From assembly GCA_041301185.1 (NCBI GenBank), contig JBFYSV010000031.1:1102-65101 (forward strand): a DNA stretch of 64,000 nt. The letters run 5' to 3'. The notes under the pieces were generated by a model. It had not been told where the DNA came from and ran no database searches. It saw only the letters and a program-made list of their open reading frames with translations. Source of the stretch: Anaerolineae bacterium. GTDB taxonomy: Bacteria; Chloroflexota; Anaerolineae; Anaerolineales; UBA4823. Each line of letters begins with the position of its first letter. Position 1 is the stretch's first letter. Shown in pieces: positions 47,442 to 56,525 of this stretch. The translations under genes were made by a program, and so were the position numbers.

Positions 47442-48440
47442 TCAATCCACCTCTCGCCTCTGCACCCACCAACGATAGAAAGGATAGAATAACGGCTGAT
47501 AGATACGCTGCCAGGGATCTACAGATCGGCGCAGTTCGCCACCAAATCCACGCTTAAACCGGTACACCCCCCATAAGCCATCCTTTTGTTGAAGGAAGCC
47601 ATCTTCCAACGTTGCCTGATCCGCATCAGGCACTCCCCATAGGTCGTACTTGCTGCAGCCTTTAGCTCGCCCCCAAAGCATGGCCTCGAACTGGAGCAAA
47701 TAGGTAGGCATGAACTCCCGGTACAGATCGCTGGATGCGCCATAAAAATACCAGGCTGTGTTGCCCTGCGCAAATACCATTAAGGCAGCGATTGGCTCAC
47801 TCCGGTACGACGCAAACAGCAATTCGCAATTCCCCAAGGGATGAAACAAATCATAAGCTTTCTGGTAGTATTCCAGGCTATGGACACCAAAGCCATCCCG
47901 CTCACCAGTTTCCTTCATCAACCGGTGAAACAAAGCCAGATCCTGCGCGGGCTGCACAATAACCCCTCGTTTCTGGGCAAGGCGAATGTTATAGCGCGTC
48001 TTCTGCTTCATCCTGGCAAGTATTTCGGATTCTTCACCGCTTATATCGATCACAATCGTACGTGGCGGTTGGATATTTTGGATTGCCGGTGAGAAACCAT
48101 CCGGTGGCACATCAAACGCGCTTTTTAGTTCTTCTACAAACAGATTCGGTTCGATAATCAATAAAATTGCCCGCTCTCGCCGGCAAACCAGATCCACCTC
48201 TTTCCACAATTCTCTCCAACCAGAGGATGGCCCCACAGGTCCTTTTGGGATATAGGCAAGCGATAAGCCTAAAGGCAGTCTCCTGAATAATACTTGAGCG
48301 CCACACCCCCCTTGGACGACTCTGACCACCCGCCACCCGAAATCCGCTTTGAGCTCGCCCCAGCAGGAGGATTGCAACACATGCGCGTCCGGCACTTGGT
48401 TGATTAGCCGGTCCCATTCCGATATCGTCACAACGGGCAT
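47442..48440 (-). CDS. FemAB-family aminoacyl-tRNA-dependent transferase-like protein (paralog 2)
   Basis: MKQKTRYNIRLAQKRGVIV, ..AWYFYGASSDLYREFMPTYLLQFEAM.., GVYRFKRGFGG. A clear paralog of the neighbouring gene. Confidence 0.75.
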   Translation of the reverse strand: MPVVTISEWDRLINQVPDAHVLQSSCWGELKADFGWRVVRVVQGGCGAQVLFRRLPLGLSLAYIPKGPVGPSSGWRELWKEVDLVCRRERAILLIIEPNLFVEELKSAFDVPPDGFSPAIQNIQPPRTIVIDISGEESEILARMKQKTRYNIRLAQKRGVIVQPAQDLALFHRLMKETGERDGFGVHSLEYYQKAYDLFHPLGNCELLFASYRSEPIAALMVFAQGNTAWYFYGASSDLYREFMPTYLLQFEAMLWGRAKGCSKYDLWGVPDADQATLEDGFLQQKDGLWGVYRFKRGFGGELRRSVDPWQRIYQPLFYPFYRWWVQRREVD

Positions 48441-48449
48441 TGGAGTGTA

Positions 48450-50378
48450 CTACACAATTGAAGTAAGATCAGGCGGTGGTGTACTACGAACAACAGCACC
48501 GGGGATGAACTCGTCCAGGATGCGAATAATCGAGGCAGTATCACCTTCTCGAGCAAGGTGAATCAAATCCTTGACCATGTTGCGCAATTCCAATCCGCCC
48601 GAAATATCCTCATCTTCTAACAAAACAATATCCGGATGGTCGGTTGGCTGGTAGGTTGCCTCCATATCCCAGAGCTCTTCGCTTAATTTTTCACCAGGGC
48701 GAATCCCGGTGAACACAATCTCTATATCCTTGCCGGGTTCCAACCCTGACAACCGGATCAGGTCCTCTGCCAGATCCAGGATGCGCACCTGCTCACCCAT
48801 GTTTAGCACAAACACCTCTCCCCCCTTACCCATTGCCGAAGCCTGCAGAACAAGATGGACTGCCTCGGGGATGGTCATGAAATATCGTTCCATATCCGGA
48901 TGGGTGATTGTGATCGGTCCCCCGCGCGCAATCTGGCTCTCGAATCTAGGGATGACGCTCCCCCGGCTACCCAACACATTTCCGAAACGCACAACCGAAA
49001 ATGCCAGCCCTGTCCGGTTAGCTGCATCCAGGATGATGAGCTCTGCCAATCGCTTTGTCGCCCCATAAACGCTTGACGGGCGGATTGCTTTATCTGTGGA
49101 GATTAGCACCAGGCGTTCGACCTCGGTATTGATGGATACCTCGGCAATATTCCGGGTTCCCAATACATTGTTCGAGATGGCTTCCTCGATATTGACTTCC
49201 ATCAACGGCACGTGTTTATGTGCCGCAGCATGAAATACCACCTGAGGCCGGTGATTCTCAAAGATAACACTCATCCGGTCGATATCCCGCACATCTGCGA
49301 TGATCGGGTGCAAGGGCAGAGCAGGGTGATTCTCCTCGATCTCCAGCAATGTCTCGAAGATGCTGTTCTCTCCGTGACCAAGCAGCACTAACTCAGTCGG
49401 TCCCCAACGCGCAATTTGGCGGCATAACTCCCGCCCGATGGACCCTCCGGCACCAGTCACCAATACCCGCTTGCCACCGATCTTGCCTCCAATCATGCGA
49501 TCATCGATCAAAGCCGATTCCCGACGCAGCAAGTCCGATATTTCCACCTCTCGCAAACGGCTGACATTGACCTTCCCGCCGATGAGCTCGTAAATCCCCG
49601 GCATTGTGCGGAATGGGACCCCTTTTCGACGGCAAATTTCAGCCACCTTCCTGACCACACTACCCGGTGCGCTGGGTAATGCGATGACAACTTCATCAAT
49701 GCGCCGCAAGGATACCGTTTTTGATAAATCATCCAGGTTACCGATTACCGGAACGCCATGGATTTGTTGTTTTTGCTTGGCAGGATCATCATCCAGAAAG
49801 CATACAGGTGTGATATTGAGCTGTGGGTTTTTCTGCATCTCACGGACAACCAGCGCCCCTGCATCCCCCGCACCGACAACCAATACCCGCTGCTGGCGTC
49901 CATTTAGATCCGTTGATGTAGACCGGGTGTCTGCTAAAAGGCGCATCGAGAAACGGAATCCCCCCACCAGGAGCAACGATAGCAACCAATCAATCGGTAA
50001 CACACCGCGCGGGAAGTATGGCAATACCTGCATCGCCCTCAAAATCAATATCACAATCGATACGCCAACGGACGCACTGGTGACTGAGGCAATAATCAAT
50101 TTAAGTTCCTGCGTGCTGGCATAAGCCCACAGCCGGCGGTACAAACCAAAAATGTAATAGATAACCGGCTTGATGACCAAAGCTACGCCAATAAACCAAT
50201 ACGCCTGGGGTAGATACCAGACAAACAAGGGTCCAATATCCAGCCGTAACGCGAAGCTGCCCATTGCTGAAACCACAATCAATATCAAATCCCCTGCGAG
50301 CAACATCCAATTTTTGGCAGGGGGAATGCGCCCAAACCGCTTTATTTTTTCCAAAAACTCTTGCGAGTGTAATTTCAT
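48450..50378 (-). CDS. Membrane-anchored NDP-sugar 4,6-dehydratase/epimerase (CapD/PglF/WbpM-like)
   Basis: 4 N-terminal TM helices and two Rossmann regions (VLVVGAGDAG.. and VLVTGAGGSIGRELCRQI). 642 aa. Confidence 0.85.
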   Translation of the reverse strand: MKLHSQEFLEKIKRFGRIPPAKNWMLLAGDLILIVVSAMGSFALRLDIGPLFVWYLPQAYWFIGVALVIKPVIYYIFGLYRRLWAYASTQELKLIIASVTSASVGVSIVILILRAMQVLPYFPRGVLPIDWLLSLLLVGGFRFSMRLLADTRSTSTDLNGRQQRVLVVGAGDAGALVVREMQKNPQLNITPVCFLDDDPAKQKQQIHGVPVIGNLDDLSKTVSLRRIDEVVIALPSAPGSVVRKVAEICRRKGVPFRTMPGIYELIGGKVNVSRLREVEISDLLRRESALIDDRMIGGKIGGKRVLVTGAGGSIGRELCRQIARWGPTELVLLGHGENSIFETLLEIEENHPALPLHPIIADVRDIDRMSVIFENHRPQVVFHAAAHKHVPLMEVNIEEAISNNVLGTRNIAEVSINTEVERLVLISTDKAIRPSSVYGATKRLAELIILDAANRTGLAFSVVRFGNVLGSRGSVIPRFESQIARGGPITITHPDMERYFMTIPEAVHLVLQASAMGKGGEVFVLNMGEQVRILDLAEDLIRLSGLEPGKDIEIVFTGIRPGEKLSEELWDMEATYQPTDHPDIVLLEDEDISGGLELRNMVKDLIHLAREGDTASIIRILDEFIPGAVVRSTPPPDLTSIV

Positions 50379-50384
50379 GCTTTC

Positions 50385-51821
50385 CTACCTGCCGCGAAAG
50401 CCGAACACAGTAGCAGGTGTTCTCAATAGAATTAAAAAGTCCATCAAGAGATTTCTGTGCTTGATGTAATACAGATCATACTCTAACTTTTGGATCGTTT
50501 CTTCAATCGTCGAAGCATAGCCGAGGTTAATTTGCGCCCAGCCGGTAATACCCGGCTTAACCAAGAGGCGCGCCCGGTAAAATGGTACGTGGTTCTGAAA
50601 CATCTGCACCAGCTCGGGACGTTCAGCCCGTGGCCCAACCAGGCTCATCTCCCCGCGGAGAACATTCAAGAACTGGGGTAACTCATCCAGATGGGTTCTA
50701 CGCAATAGCTTGCCAATCCGTGTCGCCCGCTCGTCATCTTCTTTAGCCCACTGAGGAGTCCCATCCGCTTCAGCGTCACGCCGCATGGTTCTTAGCTTCA
50801 TGATCTTATACGGCTGCCCGCCACGTCCCAGGCGGATTTGTGTGTAAATAATCGGCATACCATCATCGATGAAAATTGCCAATGCAAGTAATGGGAATAA
50901 AAACAACAATACGAGTGATCCAAATAGCCCACCCATGAAGTCCACAATCCGCTTGATCAACTCATAAAAACCGCTTACCCTGGCTTCATCCACAAAAGAG
51001 CGCAAGATCCAATCGGTTTCCAACAACCGGATCGGCACTCGCGAAACCAGTTCTTCAAATGCGCGCGGCATGCGGGTGATTTCAATCCCGATCTGTTGGG
51101 CGTCCAGCAATGCCTGGAACATCTTACCTTGCATTTCTCCCGATATGGCCACCATGATGTCGGATATGTTTTGTGCTTCAACAATCTCCAACAGTTGTTC
51201 GCTCGAGCCTATTACAGATACTCCCTCAATTTGAGAGCCGATTTTTTCCGGATCGTCATCAATGATGCCGACCACGTAAAATGGAGGCGGCCACAGGTCG
51301 TTTGCAGTTTGCAGCAGTGTTTCGCCGGCTTTACCCCCTCCCACCAAGAGCACACGGCGCATGAATTGAGGTGCAGTAAATATGCGAATATACAACCACC
51401 GCCACACAAGTGTGAGCAATGAAGCAATGATCAGAAAACTAGCGACACCCCGCCGGGGCAATAAGGACCTGGGTGGATCAACATAGTAAAAATATAACAC
51501 CAGGTAGAGGATGAATCCGATCAATGCCGCCGTTGCGACCCCACGAATCGTCAGCGACCAATCTCCTGCCCGGTGAACATCATAGAGCTCAACCAGTAAA
51601 ACTACCCATATGACGGGCAAGAAGTAAAACCAAACCGGCACCCTTTCCAACAAGAATTGCTGGTTGAAATCGATAAAACGCACCGAGGCACCCCAATAGA
51701 CCAGAGATAGCACCAGGCCTATGGCAGCCATTATAAAATCACCAGCAATCAATATCGAACGCCGCTCCCCTAGGCGCAGTTTCCAGGGATTGGATTTGCG
51801 CAGTTGTTTGGTGGGCATCAT
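50385..51821 (-). CDS. Polyprenyl-phosphate glycosyl-1-phosphate transferase (WbaP/EPS initiating sugar transferase family)
   Basis: C-terminal DELPQFLNVLRGEMSLVGPRAERPE..PGITGWAQI. ATG 51821 forms an ATGA overlap with the GT2 stop. The listed ORF is over-extended by 83 codons. Confidence 0.85.
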   Translation of the reverse strand: MMPTKQLRKSNPWKLRLGERRSILIAGDFIMAAIGLVLSLVYWGASVRFIDFNQQFLLERVPVWFYFLPVIWVVLLVELYDVHRAGDWSLTIRGVATAALIGFILYLVLYFYYVDPPRSLLPRRGVASFLIIASLLTLVWRWLYIRIFTAPQFMRRVLLVGGGKAGETLLQTANDLWPPPFYVVGIIDDDPEKIGSQIEGVSVIGSSEQLLEIVEAQNISDIMVAISGEMQGKMFQALLDAQQIGIEITRMPRAFEELVSRVPIRLLETDWILRSFVDEARVSGFYELIKRIVDFMGGLFGSLVLLFLFPLLALAIFIDDGMPIIYTQIRLGRGGQPYKIMKLRTMRRDAEADGTPQWAKEDDERATRIGKLLRRTHLDELPQFLNVLRGEMSLVGPRAERPELVQMFQNHVPFYRARLLVKPGITGWAQINLGYASTIEETIQKLEYDLYYIKHRNLLMDFLILLRTPATVFGFRGR

Positions 51822-52891
51822 GAATGTATCAAACTCCAGAGCAGAGCGCTGCCCCAGCTCAGGTGCATCGTTGCAACAGCCATTGGAAAGCCAATTATCA
51901 ATGACAAGTCGCCTTTTTTCAAGGCTAACAGTGCACCAGCGCCCAGTAAAACCAGGATATATGCTCCGACCATCGCAAACAGGGCAAACCTTGCGGGGAC
52001 CCAGAATGGAGACATGAATAAGAAAATAATCAAGCTCAAAACAAAAAGTGGGGGAAGCAACTGCCGCCACCGGATCGTTTTTGGGTAACGCAACAGCATT
52101 CTGCCTTTCCAGTATCCATAGCGGAAGTATTGCCTGGCAAGGGAACCAAGCTCGGCTCTGGCGTAATAAATCGAGCGGATCGAGGGATCAAACCATACGG
52201 TTCCGCCCGATTGCCTTATTCGCACATTAAACTCATAATCCTCATTTGTCAGCAGGGATTCATCAAAAAAGCCGGTTTTATCTATCAGGCTGCGTCGAAA
52301 GGAGCCAAATGGCACGGTATCCACCGCTTGCGCGCCACCCCCCACACGGTAACGTGCATCTCCCACCCCAAGGGGATGCGCAGCCGCAGCCGCAATTGAC
52401 CTGGCAATCCAACTTTTACCGCCTGGGGAAATTTCCCATGCACCCCCCACATTATCTCCCATACCAGAACGCAAAATATTAACACAACGTTCAACATAAT
52501 CCGGGTTAGGGATCGAATGCGCATCTAATCGAACGATGTAGTCGCCCTTCGCATCGCGAAGAGCAATATTTAATCCCGCAGGGATCAACCTGCGCGGGTT
52601 AGTAAGGACCTTCACCTGCAAATCGGAATGGGCTGTATGGAATGAACGGATCGCATCGAGGGTCCCGTCCGTTGATAGACCGTCTGCGATTAAGATCTCC
52701 ATTTTTTGGCGCGGAAAAGATTGGTTGTAAAGCGCATTTAATAACAAACCAATCGTCGCTTGCTCATTGTAACATGGGACGATAACTGAAACCCGCTCAT
52801 CATCACCCAGACTCCCCAGGCGGTTGTGCGAGCCCATTAGATCGCCAGATTGATCATCATGAATGATGTATTTGCTGAGATTGCGGATCAA
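51818..52891 (-). CDS. Family 2 glycosyltransferase with C-terminal TM helices
   Basis: VSVIVPCYNEQATI..LIADGLSTDGT..RLDAH. The listed start is TTG (TTGA overlap with the RidA stop). ATG 52837 is an alternative start. Confidence 0.85.
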   Translation of the reverse strand: MIRNLSKYIIHDDQSGDLMGSHNRLGSLGDDERVSVIVPCYNEQATIGLLLNALYNQSFPRQKMEILIADGLSTDGTLDAIRSFHTAHSDLQVKVLTNPRRLIPAGLNIALRDAKGDYIVRLDAHSIPNPDYVERCVNILRSGMGDNVGGAWEISPGGKSWIARSIAAAAAHPLGVGDARYRVGGGAQAVDTVPFGSFRRSLIDKTGFFDESLLTNEDYEFNVRIRQSGGTVWFDPSIRSIYYARAELGSLARQYFRYGYWKGRMLLRYPKTIRWRQLLPPLFVLSLIIFLFMSPFWVPARFALFAMVGAYILVLLGAGALLALKKGDLSLIIGFPMAVATMHLSWGSALLWSLIHS

Positions 52892-53280
52892 CCTGCCTGG
52901 TTAATCGCCACGGCTTCGATCTCAATTGCACCATTTTTTGGCAGCCCGGCTACCTGGACAGTTGTCCTGGCAGGGAAATTTGCAGGGAAAAACTCAGCAT
53001 AGATCGCGTTCATCTTAGCAAAGTCTCCCATATCATGCAGAAAGACGGTAGTTTTGAGCACGAGTTCCATTGAAGACCCGGCAGCTTCCAGAACGTTCTT
53101 GATGTTGGTCAGCGCTTGACGGGTTTCTGCTTCGATCCCACCTGGAACAAGCTCCATTGTCGCCGGATCCAGGCCCAGTTGTCCAGCTGTAAATACCAGA
53201 CTGGCAAAACTATTGGCGATATTGTAGGGTCCAATTGCCTTGGGAGCTTTCTTGCTGGTGATAATTTGTTTATCAGCCAT
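52888..53280 (-). CDS. ridA: RidA/YjgF family reactive enamine/imine deaminase
   Basis: APKAIGPYNIA..FTAGQLGLDP..PARTTVQVAGLPKNGAIEIEAVA. ATG 53280 is preceded by AAGAGG. Confidence 0.85.
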   Translation of the reverse strand: MADKQIITSKKAPKAIGPYNIANSFASLVFTAGQLGLDPATMELVPGGIEAETRQALTNIKNVLEAAGSSMELVLKTTVFLHDMGDFAKMNAIYAEFFPANFPARTTVQVAGLPKNGAIEIEAVAINQAG

Positions 53281-53294
53281 GTTTAGCCTCTTTA

Positions 53295-53978
53295 TCAATC
53301 AAATTTAACTAATCTCAATACATCTTGCAGGGCAGTTTTAAATAATTCTTCCATTACGATCTCTTGCACAAAGTAAGGCCCACCAAAAGAGCCATCTCCA
53401 TATACCTGCCTGGCTTCTGCCGCACCCATTAATCCTGGAATATTGGGTGGAGTCTTAGCTTCCTGGGGTAAATCAGCGACCCGTGTAAAAGCAAATGCTT
53501 CCAGCCAGTTGGCATGGGATGGCTTCAGGTCGTATTTTTGAGCCAGCTCGAGTACGCTATGCGATAGCCACCAGGAATACCAGGCTATCCGGGTGTCTTC
53601 AAGGTGGTTCATCAGCTCGTAAAGACGCGCCCGAACCGGATCATTCCCTCCATGCCCATTCAAGATCAGGAATTTGCGAAAACCCTGCCGGTAAGCGGAC
53701 CGGATCACGTCTTCCACCATATCCAGCAGTGTGCTGATCCTCAGGCTTAGAGTTCCTGGGTAATCAAGGAAATACGGTGATGATCCAAAATTTAACGCAG
53801 GTGCAACCAATACGCCGGTCTGCAGGCTGGCAGAATCCGCTAACGCTTGAGGAATCTTCACATCGCTCAGCACACTGAGATATGCATGCTGCTCGCACGC
53901 GCCAAGGACGACCATCAACCGGTCATCTTGGGCCAGGTATTTTTCGATATCCATCCAGTTCAGATCTTCAAATCGCAT
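53295..53978 (-). CDS. Creatininase-family amidohydrolase
   Basis: LGACEQHA and LILNGHGGN motifs. 227 aa. Confidence 0.75.
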   Translation of the reverse strand: MRFEDLNWMDIEKYLAQDDRLMVVLGACEQHAYLSVLSDVKIPQALADSASLQTGVLVAPALNFGSSPYFLDYPGTLSLRISTLLDMVEDVIRSAYRQGFRKFLILNGHGGNDPVRARLYELMNHLEDTRIAWYSWWLSHSVLELAQKYDLKPSHANWLEAFAFTRVADLPQEAKTPPNIPGLMGAAEARQVYGDGSFGGPYFVQEIVMEELFKTALQDVLRLVKFD

Positions 53979-54013
53979 CCATTACACCCTTCAGGAGTCC
54001 ACTCCTGGATCAG

Positions 54014-56464
54014 CTATTCGACGATATTGACCAGCTTTCCTGGTACCAGGATAACTTTCTTCGGAAGGCGCCCTTCCAAGTATTTGTGTACAGCCTGTGT
54101 GTTTAAAGCAGCTTGCTTGGCGGCTTCCTCGCCAATGTCTGCTGGCACCTGAACACGATCGCGGACCTTCCCATTGATTTGAACCACTAGCGTAATCTGC
54201 TCTTCCAAAGCTGCTTCCTGGTCAACTTCTGGCCAGGGTTGATTATGAATAGAGTACGGCTTTCCTCGCAAGTCCCATAATTCTTCAGCTATATGCGGGG
54301 TGACTGGCGCCATCATGCGTAGGTAGATATCAACCGCTTCGTCCCACTCAGCAGACCCAGCCGCACCCAACTCTCTTGCCCTGGATAGGTGGTTGGACAA
54401 CTCCATCAAGCCTGAGACAATGGTATTGAACTCAAAAGTCTCGAAATCATGTGTGATCTGGCTCAAAGCCTGGTGTACTTTGCGGCGTAACACCCGTAAT
54501 GTGCTTGCCTCAGCGGTACTTTTGCCAACCTCATCTGTGAACAAGTTCCAGATCCGCCGTAACCAGCGTACCGAGCCTTCGATCCCACTGCTGTTCCAAG
54601 GCCCCCCCATATCCCAACGGGCGAAGAACATCAGGTATGCCCGCACGGTATCTGCACCATAGCGCCCAACCAGGTCGTCTGGCGAAACCACATTTCCCCG
54701 GCTTTTGGACATTTTCTCACTGTCCTCGCCCAGGACAATTCCCTGATTGCGTAACTGCGACATAGGCTCATCCCCTTTGACAACGCCCATGTCCCGGCAA
54801 GCCTTGTGGAAAAATCGGGTGTAAATCAGGTGCATGGTCGCGTGTTCGATGCCCCCCGTGTACGTATCCACTGGCATCCAATAATCGTATTCATTTGGGT
54901 CAAACGGAGCCGGACCATAATCTGGGCTAAGGTAGCGCAAGTGATACCATGAAGAACACATAAATGTATCCATGGTATCCGTCTCACGTTCTGCGGCTTT
55001 ACCGCAAACCGGGCAGGTGGTTAACTTCCAGGTCGGGTGCAGCTTGAGCGGCGATTCACCGGTCGGCAGCCATTCGACATCATCTGGTAATAACACCGGT
55101 AATTGCTCATCGGGGACGTCCACTGCGCCATGCTCCGGGCAGTAGATGATCGGGATCGGTGCTCCCCAGTATCGCTGGCGAGAGATCAGCCAGTCGCGCA
55201 GGCGATAATTGACTGCCGCCTTTCCCAGACCTCGCTCTTGTAGATAGGCGACTGCCTGTTCGAACGCTATATCGCCGGGTGTGCCGCTTAACTGGCCTGA
55301 ATTTACCATTGTGCCGTATGCTGGCACTGACTCAGGCATCGTCGCACCATCCAGGGTTGGTATATCCTCCGGCTGGATTACAACGCGTACTTCAAGCCCA
55401 TATTTGCGGGCGAACTCGAAATCGCGCTGGTCGTGAGCGGGTACCCCCATAATCGCCCCCGTGCCATAGGTCATCAACACATAATCCGCAACCCACACCG
55501 GTATGCGTTCACCATTGACGGGATTTATTGCATAACCACCAGTAAACACACCAGATTTTTCTTTATCGGTTGCCTCACGCTGAATATCCGTTTGGCGCAA
55601 GGCTTGCTGGATGTATTGCTCCACGACTCCACTTTTTTCCGGAGAGGTGATTTTCTCCACCAGCGGGTGTTCCGGCGCCAAGACCATAAACGTCGCGCCC
55701 CACAGCGTATCAGGACGAGTCGTAAAGATCTCTAAGCGATCCTGAGTTTCAGTTTGAAAATACACCGTAGAACCGTTAGATCGACCGATCCAGTTAGTCT
55801 GCAGTGCCTGTACTCTCTCCGGCCAATCAATATTTGAAAAATCGAGCAATTCTTCGGCATATTGAGTGGTGCGAAAGAACCACTGCTCCAGGTCTTTTTT
55901 GATCACCGGAGTACCGCAGCGCTCACAATGGCGGTCATCCCCCCAAACCTGTTCGCGCGCCAGGGTAGTATTGCAGTTGGGGCACCAGTCCACCGGCGAC
56001 ATCTTCCGGTATGCCAGTCCATGCTTCCGAAGCTGCGTGAAAAACCACTGGCTCCAGCGATAATATTTCGGATCGGCAGAGATTGCTTCGCGCCGCCAAT
56101 CGAACATCGCGCCCATGCTCTTGAGCTGGCCGCGCATGCGTTGAATATTGGCATAGGTCCATTCCTTGGGATGGATCCGCCGCCGGATTGCGGCGTTTTC
56201 AGCCGGCAATCCAAACGCATCAAAACCCATTGGGAACATAACATTATAGCCGCGCATGCGCATGAACCTGGCGCGGGCATCAGAGGGGGTCATGGCGTAC
56301 CAATGACCGATGTGCAATTCTCCGGATGGGTATGGCAACATCGTCAGGGCATAATGCTTTGGCATGGACGGGTCAATATCAGCATGGTATAACCCATCCC
56401 CATCCCATTTTCTCTGCCATTTTGGCTCGATCTCAGCAGGGTTGTAGATTGGTAAGTCGGTCAT
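54014..56464 (-). CDS. leuS: Leucine--tRNA ligase
   Basis: HIGH-type PYPSGELHIGH and KMSKS. ATG 56464 is preceded by AGGAG. The 85-codon upstream extension of the listed ORF overlaps the preceding gene and was dropped. Confidence 0.95.
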   Translation of the reverse strand: MTDLPIYNPAEIEPKWQRKWDGDGLYHADIDPSMPKHYALTMLPYPSGELHIGHWYAMTPSDARARFMRMRGYNVMFPMGFDAFGLPAENAAIRRRIHPKEWTYANIQRMRGQLKSMGAMFDWRREAISADPKYYRWSQWFFTQLRKHGLAYRKMSPVDWCPNCNTTLAREQVWGDDRHCERCGTPVIKKDLEQWFFRTTQYAEELLDFSNIDWPERVQALQTNWIGRSNGSTVYFQTETQDRLEIFTTRPDTLWGATFMVLAPEHPLVEKITSPEKSGVVEQYIQQALRQTDIQREATDKEKSGVFTGGYAINPVNGERIPVWVADYVLMTYGTGAIMGVPAHDQRDFEFARKYGLEVRVVIQPEDIPTLDGATMPESVPAYGTMVNSGQLSGTPGDIAFEQAVAYLQERGLGKAAVNYRLRDWLISRQRYWGAPIPIIYCPEHGAVDVPDEQLPVLLPDDVEWLPTGESPLKLHPTWKLTTCPVCGKAAERETDTMDTFMCSSWYHLRYLSPDYGPAPFDPNEYDYWMPVDTYTGGIEHATMHLIYTRFFHKACRDMGVVKGDEPMSQLRNQGIVLGEDSEKMSKSRGNVVSPDDLVGRYGADTVRAYLMFFARWDMGGPWNSSGIEGSVRWLRRIWNLFTDEVGKSTAEASTLRVLRRKVHQALSQITHDFETFEFNTIVSGLMELSNHLSRARELGAAGSAEWDEAVDIYLRMMAPVTPHIAEELWDLRGKPYSIHNQPWPEVDQEAALEEQITLVVQINGKVRDRVQVPADIGEEAAKQAALNTQAVHKYLEGRLPKKVILVPGKLVNIVE

Positions 56465-56525
56465 TGGTTCTCCTGCGGTTGTAATCAGTACTACAAGATT
56501 ATATCCGTTTCTACACGAATTATAT

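Noticed and set aside
51822-52070. 83-codon extension of the sugar-transferase ORF.
   Set aside because: It overlaps the GT2 gene 3' end. ATG 51821 gives the typical ATGA-coupled start.
55862-56392. 176-aa plus-strand ORF inside leuS. Similar antisense ORFs occur in the CapD-like gene (49606..50124), nuoM (36203..36757) and murE (29263..29706).
   Set aside because: All are antisense to strongly supported genes and have no independent support.
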